This document shows, in pieces, positions 7,700 through 16,694 of a stretch of 26,025 bases of DNA. Each line of letters opens with the position of its first letter. The stretch's first letter is position 1. The notes below the pieces were generated by a model. That model saw only the letters and a list, made by a program, of their open reading frames with translations. It was not told where the DNA came from and made no database searches. Where the stretch lies: the sequence record SRR31156797_1106; one strand, 5' to 3'. Both the position numbers and the translations under genes were made by a program.

Positions 7700-9388
7700 T
7701 TATTGAGGAGGATAGAGGCATATTCTCTCATTCGTTTCGGTGAAAAAGCTGCTCAAAAGTTCACTGTCTCTCCCGTAAATATCTGGATAAAAATAAACAG
7801 TTTCTGTTTCCGGATCAACGTAAACGGTTCGGTAAAGAATACGCACCGGTACAGGGGTATCAAGCACTACAACCTTTCTTTTACCAGTTTCTATCTGCTG
7901 CCTGATGGTCTCTGTATTCCATGACTTTTTATTACCTTGAAGAAGGTAAAATGCAAGCTTTTCCGGATCACTGACACGAATGCATCCATGGCTGAATGCT
8001 CGTTTATTGCGATTGAAAAGATTCTGAGCGGGGGTATCGTGAAGATAAATATTATATTTATTTGGAAAAATAAATTTGAGCCTACCAAGTGAATTACTTT
8101 TCCCAGGTTCTTGACGGAGTCTGTAATTTCTAATTCCCTTGCCAAGGGTGACCCAGTCAATGGTATGAGGATTAATAGCAACGGCAGATGCATCCCATCC
8201 CTTAAAGATTTTAATATTATTAGTTGTAAGATATTCAGGATTTTCGATTTGACTGGGTACCATTTCATTGGCGGCTATACTCAAGGGAATGTTCCAATAA
8301 GGATTGAAAACAATATAGCGCATCAACTCACTGAATACTGGGGTTTTGTTAATTACCTTGCCAACAATCACTGGCATATGCAGGGACGGATGACCATTGT
8401 TAAAGGCTGTAAGCTGAAAGCTGGCAATGTTGACTGAAATATGTCTGTCATCCATCCTGTGAGGGAGCCAGCGCCACCGTTCCAAATTGATGAGTATTCG
8501 CTGTATGAGGGAGCTTATAGGGACATTGAGCGCAGCCAGAGTCTTGTCGCCGATGGCTCCATCGGGAGACAGGTTAAAACGATTTTGAAAGGAAATGATG
8601 CCAGTCGCAATTTCATCGTTGTATTCAGTGTGTGGGATGACGGAGACAGGCAAGTCACCAGTCGCCTGCAGTCGTAGAATAATATCAGGTAGACGCTCAT
8701 CCCGCATACCGGTTTTAATTACAGAGCCATAGGGTATGTGAGGCCATGTTGTGGTTGCTGCTATTTTTCGGTAGCGGCCAAGGGCTTCCTTCAAAAGTGT
8801 ATATTCACTGTGACGAGGGAGGAGGTTATCCATAAATTCAGCCAGGTTGGTTGCAGAAACAGCCATTTGGAGAAGTTGATGAATGTTTACTCTTTTACTT
8901 CGGGCGGCAGCAAAAAGCTGTGGATTGAGCATGCAGGGGTTGATTCTTCCCTCTTGAATATCAGCCGTGTACCGTGCGAGTCCTTTAGTAAGGAGCAGAT
9001 CAAGTTTAGCAAGATCTGGAAGGGTGTTATTGTACCATAGGGCAGAAATGGAAGGAACCAGGTAGTCCTGCGGATGAAGTCCCTCAAACCAACTGTCTGT
9101 GAGTATTTGAAAAATATGTGCAGCTTTTTCTCTCTTGCCGTTGGCCTGTATCCAGAGAGGGGAATAATTATTATCCTTGTAAAGCTGGTGAACAATATCA
9201 TCGGTGTTTAGGTTGAAAGGAGCGCCTACCTGGAAAGATCGGGTAGAATCAGTAGGTTTCGTGTCTCCATCGACCAAAGGTGACTTGGCGGAATGAGAGA
9301 GAGAAGGATAGTAGAAGAGGCAATGAAAGAAGACAATAAAAAGGAGACAGGGCCGCAATGTTCTGAAGTAAGGATTATAAGGATTCAC
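7700..9388 (-). CDS. ldtD: L,D-transpeptidase, YcbB/LdtD type (scaffold + PG-binding + YkuD domains)
   Basis: Signal-like N-terminus, FQ..F.L.PDG.IG..T peptidoglycan-binding motif, INLERWRW, NPYWNIP, and catalytic IYLHDTP...SHGCIRV. Exact start is uncertain. Confidence 0.9.
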   Translation of the reverse strand: MNPYNPYFRTLRPCLLFIVFFHCLFYYPSLSHSAKSPLVDGDTKPTDSTRSFQVGAPFNLNTDDIVHQLYKDNNYSPLWIQANGKREKAAHIFQILTDSWFEGLHPQDYLVPSISALWYNNTLPDLAKLDLLLTKGLARYTADIQEGRINPCMLNPQLFAAARSKRVNIHQLLQMAVSATNLAEFMDNLLPRHSEYTLLKEALGRYRKIAATTTWPHIPYGSVIKTGMRDERLPDIILRLQATGDLPVSVIPHTEYNDEIATGIISFQNRFNLSPDGAIGDKTLAALNVPISSLIQRILINLERWRWLPHRMDDRHISVNIASFQLTAFNNGHPSLHMPVIVGKVINKTPVFSELMRYIVFNPYWNIPLSIAANEMVPSQIENPEYLTTNNIKIFKGWDASAVAINPHTIDWVTLGKGIRNYRLRQEPGKSNSLGRLKFIFPNKYNIYLHDTPAQNLFNRNKRAFSHGCIRVSDPEKLAFYLLQGNKKSWNTETIRQQIETGKRKVVVLDTPVPVRILYRTVYVDPETETVYFYPDIYGRDSELLSSFFTETNERICLYPPQ

Positions 9389-9427
9389 GTGAGAAAAGGA
9401 TAAAGAAAGAGAAGTAAGGGAGTAATG

Positions 9428-10651
9428 TTATTTTTCTTTTAATATTTTTATGGTCTCAAGCTCGAATTTGGCAATGAGTGGATTATATTTAACCAGGTTA
9501 TCGAGAGTTTCAAAAAAAGATTGGCCTAAAAAACCATCCCTTGAAGAAACTATAAATCCTGCCTCGGCATGCTTGATAGCTGCGATGGCAACTGATACTG
9601 CTGTGCTTCCTCGCATGGAGCAACTTCCTTTGGCACCGTCGCAGAAACCACCGCTAATGGAAGATACAAAATTGTTGTATGCACCGTCAAAGAGCTTCAA
9701 TTCTCCACGTAGGTAAAGGATGCCACCAATAATGCCTGCTCCGGCAGCATATTGAGCACCGCAGACAGAGGAAACTTCACCAAAACGTGATGTTATCAAA
9801 GTGGTCAAGAGGATGGACGTGAGAACAGCCTTAATCTCGGTTTCCTCTCCGCGATTGTGCTGTCTTGAATAAGCTACCACAGGAATAAAAGAGGTGAGGC
9901 CTTTGTTACCAGACCCAGCACAGCTCATGACTGGGATAGGGTCCCCGTTCATTCGGGCAAAAATGGCGCCCATGACAAGGAGTTCGGCAGTGTTCCCCTC
10001 AGAGGAAGGTATATATTGTTGGCCATGCAGAGCAGCAGCCATGTTATAAGCAATACCCTGCCGAACAGTTTGTTGAAGTTCGACGTCCGCATATATTGAC
10101 TCAATTAATTTCGGCCAATTTTCTGAATTAAAAAAAGATTTTTCAAAAGAAAAAGAGTTGCTTGAGCTGTTTTGAAGGGATTGGGCTTCGTTTTCAATAT
10201 CAACGTCATTTTTACTGAGATGCCTGATGTGGGTGTGGCCACCTTTGAGGATGGCATGGACTTTATTCTTCCTGCCGCTTACAAGGAGGTCGATCAGCAG
10301 TCCTTCTGTGTCTACCAGTTCAACTTTGATCAGTTCTTCCGCGTAAAGATTATCTGCTTGCTTGATCAATTCTGGTGTGAGAAGCGTGAATAGTGATAGG
10401 CGCTTATCGGGGTTAGCGGTCACAAAACCTAACATCAGTGCCCATTCTGACCCTTTTCGTGAACCAGCGTGAGGGATCCCTGCTGCAAAGGCATTTTTAT
10501 AGGTTCGTTGGTCAATTTTAAGAACTATTTGAGTCGGGTGTTCATCGAGATGTTTACCTGCGAAACTTGCACAATAGGCAATAGCTGCAGGCTCTGTACA
10601 ACCAGATGTAACTTCAAGGGCTTTTTTTAAAGTATCAGGTGATAATTCCAT
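9428..10651 (-). CDS. cyuA: L-cysteine desulfidase family protein (CyuA/YhaM, serine dehydratase alpha-like)
   Basis: GCTEPAAIA, ARMNG..PVMSCAGSGNKG, SSVCG and CDGAKGSC motifs with the conserved Cys residues. Confidence 0.82.
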   Translation of the reverse strand: MELSPDTLKKALEVTSGCTEPAAIAYCASFAGKHLDEHPTQIVLKIDQRTYKNAFAAGIPHAGSRKGSEWALMLGFVTANPDKRLSLFTLLTPELIKQADNLYAEELIKVELVDTEGLLIDLLVSGRKNKVHAILKGGHTHIRHLSKNDVDIENEAQSLQNSSSNSFSFEKSFFNSENWPKLIESIYADVELQQTVRQGIAYNMAAALHGQQYIPSSEGNTAELLVMGAIFARMNGDPIPVMSCAGSGNKGLTSFIPVVAYSRQHNRGEETEIKAVLTSILLTTLITSRFGEVSSVCGAQYAAGAGIIGGILYLRGELKLFDGAYNNFVSSISGGFCDGAKGSCSMRGSTAVSVAIAAIKHAEAGFIVSSRDGFLGQSFFETLDNLVKYNPLIAKFELETIKILKEK

Positions 10652-10705
10652 TATAGAAACTTTTTAAAATGTAAAAAGGGGAAGAATTATAGATTGCTTA
10701 CTAAT

Positions 10706-10734
10706 AACATAACAAGGGGGGCAGGGAATGACAA
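10706..10734 (-). promoter_or_regulatory. Sigma-70 promoter for the cyuA-like gene
   Basis: Minus strand TTGTCA-N17-TATGTT with an extended -10 TG, about 55 bp upstream of the ATG. Confidence 0.55.
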
Positions 10735-10797
10735 GGTCGATCAAGGTTGGCCCTGTAAGTAAAAGCGAGGACTCGCTATAAGCAAAAAGCTGGAAAG

Positions 10798-10834
10798 AAA
10801 AAAGGCCTGTTTACCACGAAGGTAAACAGGCCTT
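10798..10834 (-). terminator. Rho-independent terminator after sdhB
   Basis: Perfect 14-bp stem AAGGCCTGTTTACC-N5-GGTAAACAGGCCTT with a T tract on the minus strand. Confidence 0.9.
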
Positions 10835-10860
10835 GAGAACAGCAGTATTTTGATAAACTG

Positions 10861-11628
10861 TTAGTACTCGTTTTTAGCAAAGGCGCCTTTCAGGTATTCT
10901 CTGTTCATACGAGCAATATGCCTGATTGATATGCCTTTTGGACAAACGTTTTCACAGATACGTTCGTTACCGCAGTTACCAAAGCCATTTTCGTCCATGC
11001 AACCAACCATGTTAACAGCTCTTGTTCTGGCTTCCTGCTGTCCTTGAGGGAGCAGAGCTAACTGGGATATTTTAGCACCAATAAACAACATAGGTGCAGC
11101 ATTTGGACATGCAGCGGCACAGGCACCACAACCGATACAGGCTGCGGCATCCATGGCTTGTTCTGCAATGTGTTGCGGTACGAGAATGCTATTAGCATCC
11201 TGAGGAGAGCCAGTATTGACAGAAATAAATCCACCAGCCTGAATAATTCGGTCAAGCGCTGATCTGTCAACAACAAGGTCTTTGACAACCGGAAAGCCAG
11301 TAGCTCTGAAAGGCTCGATGATGATGGTATCACCATCTTTAAAGCTACGCATATGCAACTGGCATAAAGTGGTTTCTTTTTCAGGCCCGTGCGCTGTTCC
11401 GTTGACCACAGCACCGCACATACCGCAAATACCTTCACGGCAGTCATGGTCAAAAGCTATAGGCTCTTTTCCTTTATTAGCCAACGCTTCGTTCATAACG
11501 TCGAGCATCTCAAGAAATGAACTGCCAGTACTGATATCCTTAAGAGCGTGATCTTCGAAGCTCCCCTTTGCATGGGGGCCATTCTGTCGCCATATTTTTA
11601 CTATGATATTAATCGTTTTCGATGACAT
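10861..11628 (-). CDS. sdhB: Succinate dehydrogenase/fumarate reductase iron-sulfur subunit
   Basis: FDHDCREGICGMC...TTLCQL [2Fe-2S] motif, CIGCGACAAAC and CGNERICENVCP cluster motifs. Probable ATG at 11628 (ORF extends to 11673). Confidence 0.95.
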   Translation of the reverse strand: MSSKTINIIVKIWRQNGPHAKGSFEDHALKDISTGSSFLEMLDVMNEALANKGKEPIAFDHDCREGICGMCGAVVNGTAHGPEKETTLCQLHMRSFKDGDTIIIEPFRATGFPVVKDLVVDRSALDRIIQAGGFISVNTGSPQDANSILVPQHIAEQAMDAAACIGCGACAAACPNAAPMLFIGAKISQLALLPQGQQEARTRAVNMVGCMDENGFGNCGNERICENVCPKGISIRHIARMNREYLKGAFAKNEY

Positions 11629-11702
11629 GAGATATCTTCTGCGTTTTGATTTATGCTTCAGTGGTACACCCACAATTCCTATACAATTGTATATGATCTT
11701 CG

Positions 11703-13631
11703 TTACTTGTAGCTTCGCTGTGAAGGTGTAACGTTTTCAAATGTGAGTGCTTCCTTATGCATGACGGGTTCATTGCCTTCGCCCTTATGTTCCCATACGG
11801 CAACATGAGAGAAGTTCTCGTCATCACGCTTGGCCTCATTTTCTTCTGTCTGACTTTCCTCGCGGAAGTGACCACCACAAGATTCTTCACGGGCAAGGGC
11901 GTCACGTACCATCAATTCACCAAATTCGAGGAAATCGGCAACACGGCCAGCTCTTTCAAGTGATTGATTGAACTCGTTGCGATTACCAGGAACGGTAACG
12001 TTCTCCCAAAATTCTTCACGAATTTCAGGGATAACTTTGAGAGCATGTTCAAGGCCTTCCTTGTTTCTTCCCATACCACAATCATCCCACATAACCTGGC
12101 CAAGTTTTTTGTGGTAATAATCAACTGTCTGCAGACCAGTTTTGCTGGATCCGTTGTTCTTGAGCAGTTTGCTGGTGAATTCACGAGCTGAGTTTTCAGC
12201 TTCGTCAAACGCTTCGTGGTTGGTGTTGGTTGGTTCGGGAGCAACGTTTGCCAAGTAGTTACCAATGGTGTAAGGCAGTACAAAATAACCATCAGCAAGA
12301 CCTTGCATAAGAGCAGATGCTCCAAGCCGGTTAGCACCATGATCAGAGAAGTTCGCTTCACCTGTGGCGTAGAGGCCTGGAACAGTTGTCATCAACTCAT
12401 AATCTACCCAGAGACCACCCATGGTATAGTGAACGGCTGGATAAATCATCATTGGTTCTTTAGTCGGATTAGAAGCGGTAATCTTCTCATACATATGGAA
12501 AAGGTTACCATATTTTCTGAGAATGACATCTAAGCCGTCTCGCTTGATTGCTTCAGAGAAATCAAGATATACACCAAGCTTTGTTTCGCCGATACCAAGG
12601 CCGTCATCACAAGCCTGCTTAGCATTACGGGAAGCAACGTCACGAGGAACAAGGTTACCAAAACTAGGGTATTTACGTTCCAGGTAGTAGTCACGTTCTG
12701 ACTCTGGAATATCGGCTGCTTTTCTGGTCTCATTTGGATTTTTTGGTACCCAAACACGACCGTCGTTTCGCAGACTTTCACTCATTAATGTGAGCTTGGA
12801 CTGGAAATCTCCATGAACGGGGATACATGTAGGATGGATCTGAACCATACATGGGTTAGCCATTCCAGCGCCTCTTTTATGAGCGCGCCAAGCTGCGGTA
12901 ACGTTGGAGGCCATGGCGTTAGTGGAGAGGAAATACACGTTTCCGTAACCCCCAGTAGCCAGTACGACAGCATGCGCTGAATGACGTTCAATTTCGCCGG
13001 TGATCAAGTTACGGGTAATGATACCCTTTGCTTCACCATCAACTACTACCAGGTCGATCATCTCTTGTCGGGTATGCAGGGTTACTTTACCCGTTGCAAC
13101 CTGACGCATCATTGCAGAGTAGGCGCCGATAAGAAGCTGCTGTCCTGTCTGGCCACGTGCATAAAATGTTCGGGAAACCTGGGCACCACCAAATGAGCGG
13201 TTGGCCAATGTTCCACCGTATTCACGGGCAAAAGGGATTCCCTGGGCAACGCCTTGGTCTATGATGTTGTTTGCTACCTGGGCAAGGCGGTAAACGTTTG
13301 CTTCACGAGCGCGGAAGTCACCACCTTTGATGGTGTCATAGAAAAGACGGAAGACGGAGTCACCGTCACCCTGGTAATTTTTGGCAGCATTAATACCGCC
13401 CTGTGCAGCGATGGAGTGAGCTCTCCTGGCGCTGTCCTGGATACAAAATGATTTAACGTTGTACCCTAGTTCTCCTAGGGTTGCTGCTGCTGCTCCTCCG
13501 GCAAGTCCTGTTCCCACAACAATGACTTCGTATTTCCTTTTGTTAGCCGGATTGACGAGTTTATTGGAAAAACGGGCTTTGTCCCATTTTTCTGCCAACG
13601 GTCCTTCAGGTATTTTCGAATCAAGCTGCAT
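11703..13631 (-). CDS. sdhA: Succinate dehydrogenase/fumarate reductase flavoprotein subunit
   Basis: [11 protein letters not shown] motif, [12 protein letters not shown] (covalent FAD His), [28 protein letters not shown] and [10 protein letters not shown]. Confidence 0.96.
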   Translation of the reverse strand: MQLDSKIPEGPLAEKWDKARFSNKLVNPANKRKYEVIVVGTGLAGGAAAATLGELGYNVKSFCIQDSARRAHSIAAQGGINAAKNYQGDGDSVFRLFYDTIKGGDFRAREANVYRLAQVANNIIDQGVAQGIPFAREYGGTLANRSFGGAQVSRTFYARGQTGQQLLIGAYSAMMRQVATGKVTLHTRQEMIDLVVVDGEAKGIITRNLITGEIERHSAHAVVLATGGYGNVYFLSTNAMASNVTAAWRAHKRGAGMANPCMVQIHPTCIPVHGDFQSKLTLMSESLRNDGRVWVPKNPNETRKAADIPESERDYYLERKYPSFGNLVPRDVASRNAKQACDDGLGIGETKLGVYLDFSEAIKRDGLDVILRKYGNLFHMYEKITASNPTKEPMMIYPAVHYTMGGLWVDYELMTTVPGLYATGEANFSDHGANRLGASALMQGLADGYFVLPYTIGNYLANVAPEPTNTNHEAFDEAENSAREFTSKLLKNNGSSKTGLQTVDYYHKKLGQVMWDDCGMGRNKEGLEHALKVIPEIREEFWENVTVPGNRNEFNQSLERAGRVADFLEFGELMVRDALAREESCGGHFREESQTEENEAKRDDENFSHVAVWEHKGEGNEPVMHKEALTFENVTPSQRSYK

Positions 13632-13771
13632 AATATTTTCTTCTGGCTATGGGTGGAAAGTGAAGTAGCGACTTTTTAAAGGTCGACTCTCTATTCATTA
13701 ATCGCGGCAGTTGGTTAGTGCTCCACTTTCTGCAGCGATGTGTTTTCAGTTACGTTGCGTCGTCTAATGCT

Positions 13772-14434
13772 CTAGCCGAGCAGTTGGTTTTGAGAAACAA
13801 CGAGCAGCAACGTGATCAACACAAATACTGCGATCATTATCGCTGCAACTGCCCAGGTAACAACACGAATGGGTGCGTTGTACTGGGGATCATTGATGCC
13901 GAATGTTTGGAAGAGTGACCAGAATCCATGGCTGATGTGCAGCGCCAATGCGGCCATGGCAATGACATAAACAAGGGTGAATCCAGGGTTGTTGAGAACC
14001 TTGGTAACCACATCAGAGATGGTGAAGACTTCTGTTTTTTCAACAAAGTGAAAATTTGCCAGGTGAATAAGGGCAAAAACAAAAACAGTCGCGCCAGTGT
14101 AGATCATGGTCTGTGAACCCCAAGTACGCCCACCTGGATTTGCCTCAACTTCATACTTCTGACTTCCTCTTGCCTTGCGGTTTTGGAGCCAAAGAAGTAC
14201 ACCGGTAATGACATGAATGAAGAAAATTGAGTAGAGTCCGATCTCAAAAATTGGAACAAAAATTCCTAACGAGTGCAGATGATGTGCATACGCATTGAAA
14301 GCTTCTCTACCCCAGAAGATAGTGCTGTTACCAATGGTATGTACAAGCAAAAAACCCCCTAACAGAAATCCTGTTAGGGCCATGATGTACTTTTTGCCTA
14401 GAGATGACCGACAAGTTTGAATGAACCACGACAT
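13772..14434 (-). CDS. sdhC: Succinate dehydrogenase/fumarate reductase cytochrome b subunit (b558 family)
   Basis: SSLGKKYIMALTG, five TM helices with heme His residues (LVHTIGN, FIHVITG, LIHLANF, ALHISHGFWS.FQTFG). Probable ATG at 14434. Confidence 0.93.
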   Translation of the reverse strand: MSWFIQTCRSSLGKKYIMALTGFLLGGFLLVHTIGNSTIFWGREAFNAYAHHLHSLGIFVPIFEIGLYSIFFIHVITGVLLWLQNRKARGSQKYEVEANPGGRTWGSQTMIYTGATVFVFALIHLANFHFVEKTEVFTISDVVTKVLNNPGFTLVYVIAMAALALHISHGFWSLFQTFGINDPQYNAPIRVVTWAVAAIMIAVFVLITLLLVVSQNQLLG

Positions 14435-14536
14435 AATTGTTGACCTTGAGTTTTGGTTAACGAAAAACAAAAACGTACTGCGTTTCAACCGGTTTTAGCA
14501 ACGTGACCATATTCAGTATAAACAATATTTAAAAAC

Positions 14537-14576
14537 TGAACGATCATTCATTAACAGGGGGTAGATTCCCTGTCAA
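14537..14576 (-). promoter_or_regulatory. Putative sigma-70 promoter of sdhCAB with overlapping palindromic operator
   Basis: Minus strand TTGACA-N17-TAATGA with a TG extension. Near-perfect palindrome TGAACGATCATTCA (14537-14550) overlaps the -10/+1 region. Confidence 0.5.
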
Positions 14577-15082
14577 GTAAAAAAAGTTGCTTGTAATATA
14601 GATGATTTATTCACTTATTTTGAGGGTGAAAATGAGCCAGGACGTGTGCGAGTTGTGCCAGTTGTGTTGGGTGTGTTGTCCCCCTTTTCCTTCTTCAGCA
14701 AACCCCTCTATCTGTGCAGCATCGTTGCAGTAGATTCGTTGTCATGACGCTTTGTTAAGGGTATATGCACAATAAGCAAACGTCGGTTTTTGGGGTTACT
14801 CGCTCTTGGGCGAGTTTGTTCTCGGTCACCTGTAAAGTTGAATTGTTTATTTAATTGTATTGAATTTCAAAATGACGCAAGGAATGTTTCTTGTGCATTG
14901 CTTTTTTTGGTCAATTTATTGAAAAAGATGAGTTTTGATGTTGTTTATTGTGTGGATAGCTATATTATAGATACATCCTGTTCTTACACGTAGAATCATT
15001 GTCACCGTTATTTTATGCACTGAAATGTAGTCAACTACCCCTTCGTCAATTTCCTCACCTTATAAATAAACAGTCAAGAAAT

Positions 15083-16687
15083 ATGATACGTACCTCAGTC
15101 GTTCCTGGTGGGTCATTCCGTGTTGGTATATACAGACCTGCATACAAAGTTATGAACCTCCGGCAGCATGAACATTCTTTGAATTTAGGAAAGCTCAATG
15201 ATGGGACTTTGTTAGCGAATGCTGATAATTTTGTAACTGGTGATGTGCATGTTAAGAGCACAAAAACCATCTATGAAATTCGAAATCCATTTCCATTTAG
15301 AGGGTGTACCTATATTGATTCAAGTTGGGCTGTAAGTCGCTCCGAAGATCCAAGAAGTATAACTCTTTCCGCTTCGCCCCGTGGATCATTTGTTAAAACG
15401 CTGGGGCAGCACTTGTCGAGGCAGAAGGTGACCGGTATTCTAAAGGATTTGCCTCGTTCGCTGCAGCTGAGCATTGCTCAGTCCTCTGATGATCCGGAGG
15501 AGTTGATTTTGCTTGCCAGAAACTGCTGCAAAATCGTTTTTAACAAAAAAGGGGAACCTCAAGGGCTTGAATATTCAATGAATGCGAACAGAACTATCCC
15601 TTCCATCAATGATTTCGAATTATTTGAGACCATCGCAAATAATCCGTTTTTACCTGATGTATATAAAGAGGTGATGGTCCTTCGGCCTGGCGTGCAGGGC
15701 GGCAGTGAGATTGTTGGTGATTATGTCAGTGAGGAAGGAGAAGTCTTTGAGTATCTCCGAGGGAATTCATACATACCATGGGGCCATTTTGCCGCTAATT
15801 TCGCACACAATTCTATTCGATATAAAATAGATGATCTATCATTGAAAGATATGAGGGCTGTGCGGCACCTATACTACCAAAGAACTTTTGTCGTCTTAGC
15901 TGAAAAACTAGGCTTGGTGTGCCCGGTAAAAGAACGGCAATACTCTTCCATTGAATTGGAAGAACTCCGTTTAGCAATCGTTGAAACTGCTGCCAAGACA
16001 TCAGCTGAAAAAATTGCAACCCTGTGGGGATGGAATTTTGGCTACGATTTTTCTGGTTCAGGATACCGTCTTCATGCTTCCCACCAGATGGTTCACCAAC
16101 AGTATGCAATGGTCCCTGAATCTGTTGAGACAATAAATGGAGAAAAGTATACAGCTTTTTCCTGTGGTGATATGGTGGCAGATTCAATTAAACAATATCA
16201 TGAAGCTTTTGGTACACACTTTTTTGAGGATTATCTTGCTGCAATACGCAACAATAGTAGAACCGATCAGGGCACTGGTGAAAGCTCGCTCATTGTTTGG
16301 GAGGATGAAAATGTACTTCTGTTTGTTCCTAAAGCTCAGGTTTCCCAATGGGAGTTACAGTTGATGGCTACCGCCAATGCCGATGGGGAACCGGTCGGCA
16401 ATATTATTGAAGCTGCGGATGATGTTCGAACCTCACTTGATAAAGGATTGTTAATCGCACAACAGGTATTGGCATCGCTTGGGGCAGAACTTGTCACCAG
16501 TATTGAATTTTCCAAACGGCTTGGTGAAAAGAACGGCCAGCGTTTGCTGTATTCACTGCTTCCTAAACTTCCATGGTCAATGGGGGCTTTTAGTGAAGCT
16601 CAGTCAAGATATATTTGTGGTCACTATCCAGAAGACTTTGCAAGCGCCTGTCGCAATGCTTATGTTGATCCTGGCAGCAAGGCATAA
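15083..16687 (+). CDS. Uncharacterised GalT/HIT-superfamily-like nucleotidyltransferase or phosphorylase
   Basis: Long ORF (ATG 15083; frame open from 14999). WNFG...ASHQMVHQQ resembles GalT N.G...CSNPHPHGQ, IVWEDENVLLFVP....WELQL resembles the second GalT half, and the C-terminal GAFSEA...YI....PEDFA..CR resembles the GalT tail. Function was judged by eye only. Confidence 0.6.
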   Translation: MIRTSVVPGGSFRVGIYRPAYKVMNLRQHEHSLNLGKLNDGTLLANADNFVTGDVHVKSTKTIYEIRNPFPFRGCTYIDSSWAVSRSEDPRSITLSASPRGSFVKTLGQHLSRQKVTGILKDLPRSLQLSIAQSSDDPEELILLARNCCKIVFNKKGEPQGLEYSMNANRTIPSINDFELFETIANNPFLPDVYKEVMVLRPGVQGGSEIVGDYVSEEGEVFEYLRGNSYIPWGHFAANFAHNSIRYKIDDLSLKDMRAVRHLYYQRTFVVLAEKLGLVCPVKERQYSSIELEELRLAIVETAAKTSAEKIATLWGWNFGYDFSGSGYRLHASHQMVHQQYAMVPESVETINGEKYTAFSCGDMVADSIKQYHEAFGTHFFEDYLAAIRNNSRTDQGTGESSLIVWEDENVLLFVPKAQVSQWELQLMATANADGEPVGNIIEAADDVRTSLDKGLLIAQQVLASLGAELVTSIEFSKRLGEKNGQRLLYSLLPKLPWSMGAFSEAQSRYICGHYPEDFASACRNAYVDPGSKA

Positions 16688-16694
16688 AAACTAA

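Noticed and set aside
14790..14993. 67-aa ORF as a small gene or trp leader peptide
   Set aside because: TTG start, no RBS, no Trp codons and low-complexity AT-rich sequence.
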